Numbered from the stretch's first letter, positions 9,393-18,438 are shown. The stretch: 64,000 nucleotides of DNA from Treponemataceae bacterium (GCA_963678065.2 CAXXVZ010000003.1:1280001-1344000); one strand, 5' to 3'. The notes: generated by a model from the letters alone, not told the origin. Numbers and translations: made by a program.

Positions 9393-10933
9393 GATGCGCT
9401 CCTTTCCGCCTTGCCGCGTATCATGTACTCGCCGACTTCCACTACGCTCGTGCGGGAGATGGCGCTCTCGAAGACGATCTCGCCTCCGTGGAGGACTGCG
9501 ACGCGGTCGGAGAGGGTGAAGATTTCCTCGAGTTCCATAGAGACGAGCAGAATGGCCGCGTTCCGCTCTTTGAGTTCGAGTATGCGTCGGTAGACGTACT
9601 CGATGGCTCCGACGTCGAGGCCCCGCGTCGGCTGAGATATGAGGAGGAAGGCGGGATCGCGCGAGAACTCCCGCGCGAGGATGACTTTCTGCTGATTCCC
9701 GCCCGAAAGCGTCGACGCGTGGGCCTCCGGTCCGGCCGCCCTGATGTCGTAGCCCTCCATGAGCCGCCCGGCCTGGGCCCGCATGGCCACAAAATCGAGA
9801 AAACCGCCGCGGCAGAGCGGCGGACGGTCGCTCCGTCCGAGCGCGAGGTTCTCCTCCACCGAGAAGGACAGGACGAGCCCTGAACCGCGGCGGTCCTGGG
9901 GCACATAACCCATGCCTTCGTCCATACGCCGCCTGACATCCCAGCGGGAAACATCCCTGCCCTTGAAAAGGACGCGCCCCGAATCAGGCGCCCGCAGACC
10001 GACGAGGGCCTCGCAGAGCTCGCTCTGGCCGTTGCCTTCGACGCCAGCGATGCCCAGTATCTCTCCGGGGCCGACGCCGAGGCTCGCCGCCTTGAGTGCG
10101 GAAAGGCCGCGGGAATTCCTCACGGAGAGCCTTTCGACGCGCAGGATCGGCTCCGGCGTCGGCTTGGCCGCGGGCCGCTCGACATCCAGGACGACCTCCC
10201 GGCCCACCATGAGCTTCGCGAGCTCGGCTGAGCTCGCCTCCGCCGTGCGGCGCTCGCCCTTCAGCTCGCCCTTGCGCAGAATGTAGACCCGCCCGGAAAG
10301 GTGCCGGACTTCCTCGAGTTTGTGCGTGATGATTATGATCGAGGTCCCATCCGCGGCGAGGCGCCGGAGGACGGCGAACAGCTCTTCCACCTCGCGCGGC
10401 GTGAGAACCGCCGTCGGCTCGTCGAGTATGAGAACCCGCGCCGAGCGGTAGAGCGCCTTGAGTATCTCGACGCGCTGCTGGAGTCCCACGGAAAGATCCT
10501 CGAGGCGGGCGTCGGGGTCCACGGCGAGGCCGTAGCGGTCGGAGAGCTCGACGACTCTCTGTCTGGCCCTCTTGTAGAGTACATGTCCGAGGCGGACAGG
10601 CTCGTCGCCGAGAATTATGTTCTGGGTGACGCTGAGCGTGGGGACGAGCATGAAATGCTGGTGCACCATGCCCAGCCCCCTGGATATGGCGTCCCGGGGC
10701 GAGGAGAAGCTCACGGGCTTTCCGTCGAGCAGTATCTCGCCGGAAGTCGGCTTGTAGAGGCCGAAGAGTATGTTCATGAGCGTGGTCTTGCCCGCGCCGT
10801 TCTCGCCGAGGAAGGCGATGATCTCTCCAGGGTAGAGTTTCACGGATATGTCGCGGTTCGCGACCACCCTCGAGAATGCTTTCGTGATATTGCGTGTCTC
10901 AAGGACAGGCGATATCCCTGCCTGCGTCCTCAT
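9389..10933 (-). CDS. Nucleoside ABC transporter ATP-binding protein (two NBDs)
   Basis: GENGAGKT, MVHQHFMLV, LDEPT, LSGGNQQK and QPTRGLDVGA motifs. Confidence 0.93.
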   Translation of the reverse strand: MRTQAGISPVLETRNITKAFSRVVANRDISVKLYPGEIIAFLGENGAGKTTLMNILFGLYKPTSGEILLDGKPVSFSSPRDAISRGLGMVHQHFMLVPTLSVTQNIILGDEPVRLGHVLYKRARQRVVELSDRYGLAVDPDARLEDLSVGLQQRVEILKALYRSARVLILDEPTAVLTPREVEELFAVLRRLAADGTSIIIITHKLEEVRHLSGRVYILRKGELKGERRTAEASSAELAKLMVGREVVLDVERPAAKPTPEPILRVERLSVRNSRGLSALKAASLGVGPGEILGIAGVEGNGQSELCEALVGLRAPDSGRVLFKGRDVSRWDVRRRMDEGMGYVPQDRRGSGLVLSFSVEENLALGRSDRPPLCRGGFLDFVAMRAQAGRLMEGYDIRAAGPEAHASTLSGGNQQKVILAREFSRDPAFLLISQPTRGLDVGAIEYVYRRILELKERNAAILLVSMELEEIFTLSDRVAVLHGGEIVFESAISRTSVVEVGEYMIRGKAERSAS

Positions 10934-10936
10934 CCC

Positions 10937-11998
10937 TCAGCTCCCGGCCAGCGTCGAGAGGGCGGGGCCGAAGGGCGGATAGGCTACGCCGCGTTCGGTG
11001 ACGATGGCGGTTATGAGGTCGGCGTCAGTGACGTCGAAGGCGGGGTTGCAGACCTTCACGCCAGCAGGAGCCATGCGCCGCGCATACCATTTTTCGGTGA
11101 CTTCCTCGGCCGGCCTCTGTTCGATGCGGATATTTTCGCCCGAAGCGCAGCCGAAGTCGATCGTCGAAAAGGGCGCGTGGATGTAAAAAGGAATCCCGTA
11201 GTGCCGCGCGAGGATAGCCACCCCCGAGGTGCCTATCTTGTTCGCGGCGTCCCCGTTCGCGGCCACGCGGTCGCAGCCGACGAGAACTGCCTGGACGAGG
11301 CCGCTCTTCATGACGATCGAGGCCATGTTGTCGCAGATGAGCGTCACGTCGATTCCCGCCTGCATGAGCTCCCAGGCAGTCAGGCGCGCGCCTTGGAGGA
11401 GGGGGCGCGTCTCGTCGGCGTAGACCTTGAAGCCGTAACCCCGCTCGGCGCCGAGGTATATCGGGGCGAGGGCCGTACCATAGCGCGCGGTCGCGATCGC
11501 CCCCGCGTTGCAGTGCGTGAGGAGCCCCCATCCTCTTCCAAGGAGGGTGAGCGAGTTTTCGCCTATTCGTCGGCAGGTCTCTTCGTCGTCGTCCCTGATC
11601 GCCTCGGCCTCGAGCATCAAGGCTTTCTTCGCTGCGTCCGGGCTCTCGCCCTCCAGGCAAAGAAGTTTCGCCTCCATCCTGTCGAGAGCCCAGAAGAGGT
11701 TGACCGCCGTCGGCCGCGAAGAGGCGAGGTAGGCCTTGGCCGCGCGGAACTCCGCGAGGAGAGAGGCGAAGTCGCCCGCGGGAAAGTCGCGGACAGCGAG
11801 ATAGACGCCGTATGCCGCGGCTATGCCTATGGCGGGTGCGCCCCTCACTTTCAGTTCGTATATGGCCTCCCATATTTCCCTCTGGGTCTTGAGCCTGAGG
11901 AACGCGACTTCGTTCGGCAGGAGGGTCTGGTCGAGGATCACGAGAGATCCGTCGTCATCGTCGAGCCTCACCGGCTCCGGGCCTTTGATTTCACTCAT
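10937..11998 (-). CDS. mtnA: S-methyl-5-thioribose-1-phosphate isomerase
   Basis: VRGAPAIG, RPTAVNL, THCNAG, ETRPLLQGARLT, GCDRVAANGDAANKIGT and NPAFDVT motifs. Confidence 0.93.
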   Translation of the reverse strand: MSEIKGPEPVRLDDDDGSLVILDQTLLPNEVAFLRLKTQREIWEAIYELKVRGAPAIGIAAAYGVYLAVRDFPAGDFASLLAEFRAAKAYLASSRPTAVNLFWALDRMEAKLLCLEGESPDAAKKALMLEAEAIRDDDEETCRRIGENSLTLLGRGWGLLTHCNAGAIATARYGTALAPIYLGAERGYGFKVYADETRPLLQGARLTAWELMQAGIDVTLICDNMASIVMKSGLVQAVLVGCDRVAANGDAANKIGTSGVAILARHYGIPFYIHAPFSTIDFGCASGENIRIEQRPAEEVTEKWYARRMAPAGVKVCNPAFDVTDADLITAIVTERGVAYPPFGPALSTLAGS

Positions 11999-12978
11999 CG
12001 CGCGTACCTCTCATTCGTGCCGCCAGCCAGCGGCCCTTCTTTTTCATCCGGCACCCCGAGCAGAGCCTCCGCGGTCGGGCGATCGGTGACCAGACCGTTG
12101 ATCACGCCGCCGCGCAGGGCGCCGAGAATGGTGGCCAGCTTCCCCGGCCCGAAGGCCATGGCGATCACGTGCGGCAATCGCCGTATACTCTCCCACTCGA
12201 GGGAGACCGTCCGGTCGGCGAAGGACATGGGCACATACCTTCCCGCAGCGTCGTAATACCGCATGAGGATGTCGCCCACAGCTCCCTTCGCATTGAGCTC
12301 CTCGAGCTGTTCGGCGCCGATGTAGCCCGTCTTCATGATACTCGAATCCCGGGTGACGCCGCCAAGCCCGACGAAGGCCAGATCGACTTTCGCCGCGTTT
12401 TCGAGCGCCCTTCCTATGGCGGGTTCCTTGATCATCATCTCCTTGACCCGCCCGCTCCGCACGAGGACGGGCATGGGGATGCTCTCGATCGGCACGCCCA
12501 GCTTCTCCGCGAGTGGAGATGATAAGCCATACGGGGTGCTGGGCTCCAGGTAGGTCCCCGCCAACTCATTGATGCGGGAGGGAAGCGAGGCCGGGCGTCT
12601 CACAAAGGGAAGCATCGCGCTCACCGTGGTGCTCCAGGCCACTCCGATCCTGCAACCCGGCGTTATGAGACGCCCAAGAAGCTCGGCGCCCCCCATGCCC
12701 ACGGCTTCCCTGCTCTCCTCCAACGTAGCGCCAGTGGAGACGACGATCGCGGTCTTGAGCCCATAGCGCTGCTCAAGCCGGAGGCCGAGCGCGAAGAGTT
12801 CCGGAAGCGGTTTCTTGACCGTTATCTGTACAAGTCCCTCCTCGCGGGCCCTCTTGAGCATCCTCGTCACGGCGACGCGGGAGAGTCCCATCTTCGCGGC
12901 GACCTCCTCCTGGCTTAAGCCCTCGATGTAATACAGATTCGCGATCACCGTGAGAGCCTCATCCGCGTATCCGCCCAT
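11995..12978 (-). CDS. SorC/DeoR/LsrR family sugar-binding transcriptional regulator
   Basis: N-terminal LYYIEGLSQEEVA..MGLSR.AV.RML..ARE.GLV HTH; GAVGDI sugar-binding domain. Confidence 0.9.
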   Translation of the reverse strand: MGGYADEALTVIANLYYIEGLSQEEVAAKMGLSRVAVTRMLKRAREEGLVQITVKKPLPELFALGLRLEQRYGLKTAIVVSTGATLEESREAVGMGGAELLGRLITPGCRIGVAWSTTVSAMLPFVRRPASLPSRINELAGTYLEPSTPYGLSSPLAEKLGVPIESIPMPVLVRSGRVKEMMIKEPAIGRALENAAKVDLAFVGLGGVTRDSSIMKTGYIGAEQLEELNAKGAVGDILMRYYDAAGRYVPMSFADRTVSLEWESIRRLPHVIAMAFGPGKLATILGALRGGVINGLVTDRPTAEALLGVPDEKEGPLAGGTNERYAR

Positions 12979-12989
12979 TCCGCCACCTC

Positions 12990-14135
12990 TCACAAAGATT
13001 CGAGCAAAGCGAGGAAATGCCTGGCGTTTTCCGCGAGGTCCGCGCTCCGGCGATGGAGTCCGCCACCGATAAGGAGGATGAAGTCCTTTCCGTAGACATC
13101 GAGCATCTCCCTGGCGCGGTCTGTCGTCATGCCCCCGCCCGGCGCGGGGAAAATGGGCTTGATATCTCCCATCGCCTCTCGTGAGGCCCGGGCGATGCCG
13201 AGGCACTCCTCGCGGGTGAAGGCGAAACGCCCGCCGAAATTCGGATACACAGTGGCGTCGGCTCCCGCAAGCCGCATGAGGCCGCCGTAGAGCGCGGCGT
13301 GGCTGAAGCCGCTCTCCGGGGAAGTCACGAACGAGCCTCCGAACGAGGGGTGCGCCATGATGGGCAGCCCGACTGAGTCGTCGTCGGCGATGAGGCGCAT
13401 CGCGTCGAAACCGACGAGGGCCGGGCAAATAAGGAGAGCCCCCGCCCCGAGTTCTCTGGCCCGCCGCGCAGAGGGCAGGAGCCTGTCCGCCCTCGCGGTG
13501 ATGTTGGGCATGTAGACGCTTCTCCGTCCGGTCTCGCGGTTCGCCCTCTCCACAGCCTCGACGCAGCGCGCGACCCTCTCCTCGAAGGGACAGAAGACCT
13601 GGTCGGCGATGCCGTGGTCGTCCTTGATGAGGTCGATGCCCCCGAGGGCGAATCGGTATGCCTGGTCGGCCAGCTCCGCGGGGGACAAGCCCATGGGCTT
13701 GAGCGCGGTGCACAGGAGGGGGCGGGAGTCCTGGCCGAGGAGGGCCCGAAGGCCGGACCGGCCGAAGCGGGGTCCGCGGAACCGGCGGAGGATGGATTCG
13801 GGGAGCGTCATACGCTCGACCTTGATGCCCGGCTTTATGCTGATGTTCCCGTAGACAACATTGAGAAGCTGAACGAGGTCCGGCCCGGCGACCTCCGCGG
13901 CGAAGCTGATCCTCGCGCGGTAAAGGCCCGGTCGGGAAGGCTCGAGGAGCTCGACCTTCCCGACTATTCCGTCTCTGATGGGGCCCTCCGGCACGAGATC
14001 CGCCGGAAACTCGACCGTCTGCTCCAGACAGATATCCTCCGCTTTGGCCCGGGCCTCGGCCTCGTCGCCTGCAAGGAGATAGGTGACGGCGAAGCGCTCC
14101 CCCCCGAGAATTCCGGACAGATGATCGCCCGCCAT
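12990..14135 (-). CDS. RuBisCO-like protein (form IV, KDDH type like the R. rubrum MTRu-1-P isomerase)
   Basis: EQTVE, GPRFG..GLR, ALKPMGLS, DLIKDDHG, MAHPS and PAPGGG motifs; start ATG 14135 overlaps the upstream stop. Confidence 0.9.
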   Translation of the reverse strand: MAGDHLSGILGGERFAVTYLLAGDEAEARAKAEDICLEQTVEFPADLVPEGPIRDGIVGKVELLEPSRPGLYRARISFAAEVAGPDLVQLLNVVYGNISIKPGIKVERMTLPESILRRFRGPRFGRSGLRALLGQDSRPLLCTALKPMGLSPAELADQAYRFALGGIDLIKDDHGIADQVFCPFEERVARCVEAVERANRETGRRSVYMPNITARADRLLPSARRARELGAGALLICPALVGFDAMRLIADDDSVGLPIMAHPSFGGSFVTSPESGFSHAALYGGLMRLAGADATVYPNFGGRFAFTREECLGIARASREAMGDIKPIFPAPGGGMTTDRAREMLDVYGKDFILLIGGGLHRRSADLAENARHFLALLESL

Positions 14136-15142
14136 CAGAGGGCCTCGGCTTTGGCCGCGCTGTGGACCGCCTCGATGCGCTGGGCCGCGAGTTCCGAATC
14201 GTCGATGCCGAAGCTCATGCCGGTCAGACTCTCGACCTTCGAGACGAGAGCCGAGGCGTCGAGTCCGTATTCTCTCATCAAATACCCCTTGGAGCCGCCG
14301 TGGGCGAAGCTGTCCTGTAGGCCCATGCGGATAAGGCGCTTTCCGATGCCCTTTTCCGCGATAATCTCGGCCACTTCGGCGCCGAGACCGCCTATGACGC
14401 TGTGATTCTCCATTGTAATGACACCGTAGCGCGGCTTGCACAGAGCCTCCTCGAGGGCCGCGTCGCCGGAGGGCTTGTGCGTCGACACATGGAGGTGCTG
14501 GATCGAGAGGCCCCTTCTGCGCAGCGAGGCGGTGGCGCGCATCGCCTCCTCGGTGGAAATACCCGCCGTGACGATGCTGATGTCGGAGCCGACGGACAGA
14601 ACCCGCGACTTTCCCGCGACGAAGGGCTCTTCCCGGGGGAAGAGCCGGGGGAGCTCGCCGCGCAGCATGCGGATGTAGACCGGCCCTTGCGCATCGAGAA
14701 CGGGATCGAGGACGGTCTCGACCTCGGTGGCGTCTCCCACCTCGAAGACTGTCATGTTCGGAACCGCGCGCATGACGGCGATGTCCTCGATAGCCTGATG
14801 GGTCGCCCCCCCGGGAGTGGTTATCCCTGGAAGAAAGCCGAAAAACTTGACGGGCAGATTGGAATAGGCCACCGAGCTCACGATCTGATTGAGCGCCTGC
14901 CGGTAGATGAAAACCGCGAATGTGTGGATGAGCGGTATGAAGCCCTCGCGGGCGAGCCCCGCCGCGAAACTCACCATGTTCTGCTCGGCGATGCCCATGG
15001 AGAAAAAACGCTCCGGATAGGCTTCCTTGAACTCGGCTATCTCGGTGGAGCCCGTCAAGTCCGCGGAGAGCACGACGACGCGCGGCTTGTCCGCGGCCCA
15101 CGAGACGAGATTCCGCGCGTGCACCTTGCTGAGGATTTCCAC
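14135..15142 (-). CDS. Transketolase-like protein, C-terminal (pyrimidine-binding) subunit
   Basis: ADLTGST, MGIAEQNM, GGATHQAIED, GPVYIRM and ENHSVIGGLG motifs. Confidence 0.9.
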   Translation of the reverse strand: MEILSKVHARNLVSWAADKPRVVVLSADLTGSTEIAEFKEAYPERFFSMGIAEQNMVSFAAGLAREGFIPLIHTFAVFIYRQALNQIVSSVAYSNLPVKFFGFLPGITTPGGATHQAIEDIAVMRAVPNMTVFEVGDATEVETVLDPVLDAQGPVYIRMLRGELPRLFPREEPFVAGKSRVLSVGSDISIVTAGISTEEAMRATASLRRRGLSIQHLHVSTHKPSGDAALEEALCKPRYGVITMENHSVIGGLGAEVAEIIAEKGIGKRLIRMGLQDSFAHGGSKGYLMREYGLDASALVSKVESLTGMSFGIDDSELAAQRIEAVHSAAKAEAL

Positions 15143-15145
15143 GGT

Positions 15146-16093
15146 CTACTCCTTTTCCGCGCGGCGCTTCATCTCCGCCTCGTAAAACTTCGCATACTCC
15201 TTTCGCTCCCCGGACGAGGCGAAACGAAGGTAATGGAACTTGGGCCGGCGCGCGTCGAGGATGCCAAGGCCCCGACATGGGTCCGTGCGGCAGAGGACGA
15301 AGGTGGGCCTGCCATCGGGCTTTCGGCCGCAGGCGGCGTCGATGGCGAAGGGATCGTGCCCGTCCACGACAGAGGCGTGCGCGCCGAAGGATTCGATTCG
15401 CGCATCGAGGGGCTCGATCCCCATGACGTCCTTCATCTCGCCGTCGCACTGCTGACCGTTCACGTCGACGCAGACGATCATGTTGTCGAGTTTATAGAAG
15501 GACATCGTCTGAATGGCCTCCCATGTCTGCCCCTCCTGGAATTCGCCGTCGGAGAGGAAAACGACTACCCTACCCCTCTCGCGCTTCAGTTTTTTGGCGA
15601 GGGCTATCCCCGCAGCCTGGCTCAAGGTCTGCGCGAGAGCCCCGCCCATCATCTCGAAACCGGGAGAATGCTCGGCGCCTATCATCTCGACCGTGCTGCC
15701 GTCTTTATTGAACTGGGCGAGTCCCTCGGGAGCCATCCTGCCCGTCTCAACGAGGGTGGCGTAGAGAACGAGGGCGTAGTGGGCCGGACTCAGGAAGAAG
15801 CGGTCATCGTCCGCCTTTCCGGGGCCATTGTAGCCCGCACCTGAGAGGGACCGGCCGCGTCCCTTGCCTGGCACAGCGCTGAAAGGCGACGGAACCAGGG
15901 GAGCGATGCTTGGCCCCAGGCGCATGACCTTCAGATAGAGAGTGGAAAGGATCTCCGCCGCGGAGCAAGCCTGGCTCATGTAGCCACCGTCGTTGGCGAG
16001 CGTGTGCTCCAGCACTCGCAGCCTGATTCCGCGCGCGGCGCGCGAGACATCGTCGATCCATCCGCTGGAGGGCGCGCCCCCGGGAACTGCCAT
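15146..16093 (-). CDS. Transketolase-like protein, N-terminal ThDP-binding subunit
   Basis: DRFFLSPAH, SDGEFQEGQTWEA...DVNGQQ (ThDP motif) and VDGHD. Confidence 0.88.
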   Translation of the reverse strand: MAVPGGAPSSGWIDDVSRAARGIRLRVLEHTLANDGGYMSQACSAAEILSTLYLKVMRLGPSIAPLVPSPFSAVPGKGRGRSLSGAGYNGPGKADDDRFFLSPAHYALVLYATLVETGRMAPEGLAQFNKDGSTVEMIGAEHSPGFEMMGGALAQTLSQAAGIALAKKLKRERGRVVVFLSDGEFQEGQTWEAIQTMSFYKLDNMIVCVDVNGQQCDGEMKDVMGIEPLDARIESFGAHASVVDGHDPFAIDAACGRKPDGRPTFVLCRTDPCRGLGILDARRPKFHYLRFASSGERKEYAKFYEAEMKRRAEKE

Positions 16094-16173
16094 GAATAGC
16101 CTCCGACCTCGGGGACCGCCTTAAAAATCAAGCGTTTTTCATCGGTCCGCCGGCTGAAGAATATGCTTACTGG

Positions 16174-16202
16174 ACTATATGACGGGATCGAAAATCTGTC
16201 AA
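16174..16202 (-). promoter_or_regulatory. Sigma70-type promoter of the transketolase-RLP-mtnA operon
   Basis: TTGACA-17 nt-TATAGT on the minus strand. Confidence 0.75.
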
Positions 16203-16214
16203 ATTGTTTATCAC

Positions 16215-16228
16215 GGAACTTTTGTTCA
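16215..16228. promoter_or_regulatory. Putative SorC/DeoR operator
   Basis: GGAACTTTTGTTCA, a near match to TGAAC-N4-GTTCA, just upstream of the -35. Confidence 0.55.
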
Positions 16229-16879
16229 GTTCAGTCCGAGCACGATCCCGCAGACCGCCTCCACGGAGCAGCCCCACGCGATTATGCCGCCCCGATGTCC
16301 GGCCATACAGATCGCGCCCTCTTCGGGGCGGCCGTTCTCGACGAATATGCGCCGTATCTCCCCGGCCATGGCAGGCGTCCCGTACGCGACATTTTCGCGC
16401 GTGCGCCTTTGCGCGTCCGGCCAGCCCGACCAGAGAGCTTCGCTGTGCACATGCAGGACAGCGAGGATTTCCGTCGACAACTCATAGAACGCTGCGTGCG
16501 TCAGACTCTCCGAAGAAGCCCGGCAAAGGCCGGCGCAATCCAGTCGGTTCCCCCGGATATCCCAGTCGGAGACATATGAATACGCTTCGGGCCCCGGATC
16601 GATCAAATGCCCTGTCTGGCTCCCCGTGATCAGGAAACCCTCGTGATCCGGCCCATCGGCCTCCCCGCAGCCCGGTATGCACATCCGCTTGCTGAGATTC
16701 CCGTAACCGATGCCGTCCGGCCCGATGCCGATGAGCCCGCGACTCCACATCGCCCTGCGGACGGGGCGCAACTCCGCTATCATCTCTTCGGAGACGCATT
16801 CCTGCCTTCTCCAGACACACTCGAACTTGATGACCCCTTCGTTCGCGTTCCTCGCGGGGTCAGCGTAATCGGGCATCAT
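16226..16879 (-). CDS. Class II aldolase/adducin family protein
   Basis: GYGNLS, FLITGS, ASSESLTH, VLHVHS and GHRGG metal-binding pattern; start uncertain (16879 or 16876). Confidence 0.8.
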   Translation of the reverse strand: MMPDYADPARNANEGVIKFECVWRRQECVSEEMIAELRPVRRAMWSRGLIGIGPDGIGYGNLSKRMCIPGCGEADGPDHEGFLITGSQTGHLIDPGPEAYSYVSDWDIRGNRLDCAGLCRASSESLTHAAFYELSTEILAVLHVHSEALWSGWPDAQRRTRENVAYGTPAMAGEIRRIFVENGRPEEGAICMAGHRGGIIAWGCSVEAVCGIVLGLN

Positions 16880-16887
16880 CCCTCCAC

Positions 16888-16901
16888 TGAACGTATGTTC
16901 A
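16888..16901. promoter_or_regulatory. Putative SorC/DeoR operator upstream of the aldolase gene
   Basis: Palindrome TGAACGTATGTTCA. Confidence 0.6.
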
Positions 16902-17007
16902 TTTGACAACATTAGAACACCATTTCATGATAACGGTCAATCCAGGGAAAAACACGATGGGCGATACTCTCGTCGTCCCACACACTATCCCCGGAAACGG
17001 AGGATTC

Positions 17008-18291
17008 ATGTTCAAGAAACAGCTTCCCATCGCCAAAGCGCTTGCCCTCATCATCTTCATCGGGTTCATCGCGCTGCCGGCCATGCAGGCCCAGGAAATG
17101 CCCCGGGTGGATCAGTCCATCGAGGCGATCCGTTCCGAGGAGTACGGGGCCTTCATCAACGAGGAATTCGGTGTCGCCTTCAAGCCGATCGTCGGAAAGG
17201 AGGACTTCCTCGCCGCCATCGCGATCTCGACCGGCGCCGCGGTCGGTTCGCTCGAGCCCGCCACGACAGCAGACGGGCCCTTCGACTCTCTGGCCGCTGT
17301 CTCCATCGCGCTCAAGGCCGCGAATATGAAGGAGCTCGCCTACAGCTATCCTGCGGAGAAAGTCGGGAAAAACCTCGCCCGCGCAGGGTTCGGCTCCCTG
17401 GGGCTCGACGCCCGCTCTGCGCAGGAGCTCGCCGCCGCCGTCGACACGGGACTGATTCCACCCGCGCTCTACGCCACATTCGATCCCAAGGCCGCACCGG
17501 GCGCGGACCTGGCGAACAGCCTCGTGGGCGGAGTCCTCTCCGCGAGAGGTCTCTACAAGCACTATATCGGCTTTGTGCGCGAGATCGACATCTACGCAAA
17601 GGTAAGCGACGCATTCAGGCGCTCCAGCATCATAAAAGCGCCGGAGCTTCGCGCCATCGTCGATTCGGCCCTCAGGCAGAACCTCGTGACGGGCTACAAC
17701 CTCAAAGATTCCCGCTACGACCCGCATTTCATCGACGCGCTGACCCTCACCTACGGACACTCGGACCTCGCACACGCGATCCAGCTCCTCGGACTCCTCA
17801 AGAGCGAGAGCATCGACGCCAAGGTTCAGCTCGAACCGAAGACCTCCGCCTTCGTCTTCATGAAGGAATGGGGCGATCCGGGTCCGTCGAACGAGGACTA
17901 CGAGGTTGTCCGGATCGAGAACGGCAACTATATCGAATACGCCAGGGAATACGACATATCTTTCGAGTTCAGGATGGTACAGGACAAAGAGCGCTTCCAA
18001 CCCCTCATCTACGCCTACGCGAAGAAGAACCAGAAGAATCAGGCCGGCCTGCTGATTCAATCCTGGTGGCAGCCGCTCTATCATTCCATGACGACCATGG
18101 ACGGCTACCTCGTAATCACGAACCAGCTCATCGCCAAAGGGCCCTACTACGCGCAGTCCTTCTCGCTCAACGAGCAATCGGCCGCGATAATTCAAGGCTT
18201 CAAGTCGATCGACCCGAGTCTGGCCGTCAAAACCTATCAGTTCTGGGTGGACGAGCCGTTCTTCCGCTATCTTCAGGGAATGGCAAAGTAG
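17008..18291 (+). CDS. Exported protein of unknown function
   Basis: GGAGG RBS, signal peptide ending AMQA, gene-like codon usage. Confidence 0.75.
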   Translation: MFKKQLPIAKALALIIFIGFIALPAMQAQEMPRVDQSIEAIRSEEYGAFINEEFGVAFKPIVGKEDFLAAIAISTGAAVGSLEPATTADGPFDSLAAVSIALKAANMKELAYSYPAEKVGKNLARAGFGSLGLDARSAQELAAAVDTGLIPPALYATFDPKAAPGADLANSLVGGVLSARGLYKHYIGFVREIDIYAKVSDAFRRSSIIKAPELRAIVDSALRQNLVTGYNLKDSRYDPHFIDALTLTYGHSDLAHAIQLLGLLKSESIDAKVQLEPKTSAFVFMKEWGDPGPSNEDYEVVRIENGNYIEYAREYDISFEFRMVQDKERFQPLIYAYAKKNQKNQAGLLIQSWWQPLYHSMTTMDGYLVITNQLIAKGPYYAQSFSLNEQSAAIIQGFKSIDPSLAVKTYQFWVDEPFFRYLQGMAK

Positions 18292-18438
18292 GAATGTGCA
18301 GAGCCGGAGGGGCGCAAGATTCAGGAAAATCCGGCAGCACGAACCGATTGGACAGAACAGGGCGCGGCGAAGGAGAGGCTTTGCGGAAGGAGCTTCCGCA
18401 AAATGATCTCCCTTAAGCCGCGCCCGCACAAGAGTTTT

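Noticed and set aside
12990..14135. True carboxylating RuBisCO or pentose-bisphosphate pathway
   Set aside because: KDDH instead of KDDE and loss of the K177 and R295 equivalents indicate form IV; no AMP phosphorylase or ribose-1-P kinase is present.
12990..15449. Apparent 819-aa N-terminally extended RLP (likewise the 572-aa regulator and 694-aa permease ORFs)
   Set aside because: The extensions are off-frame readings of upstream genes; the real starts overlap or follow the upstream stops.
1351..15844. Long alternative-frame and antisense ORFs (e.g. 1351-2943, 4025-6013, 10301-12256, 14402-15844)
   Set aside because: Shadow ORFs of GC-rich genes; they overlap well-supported CDSs and carry no motifs.
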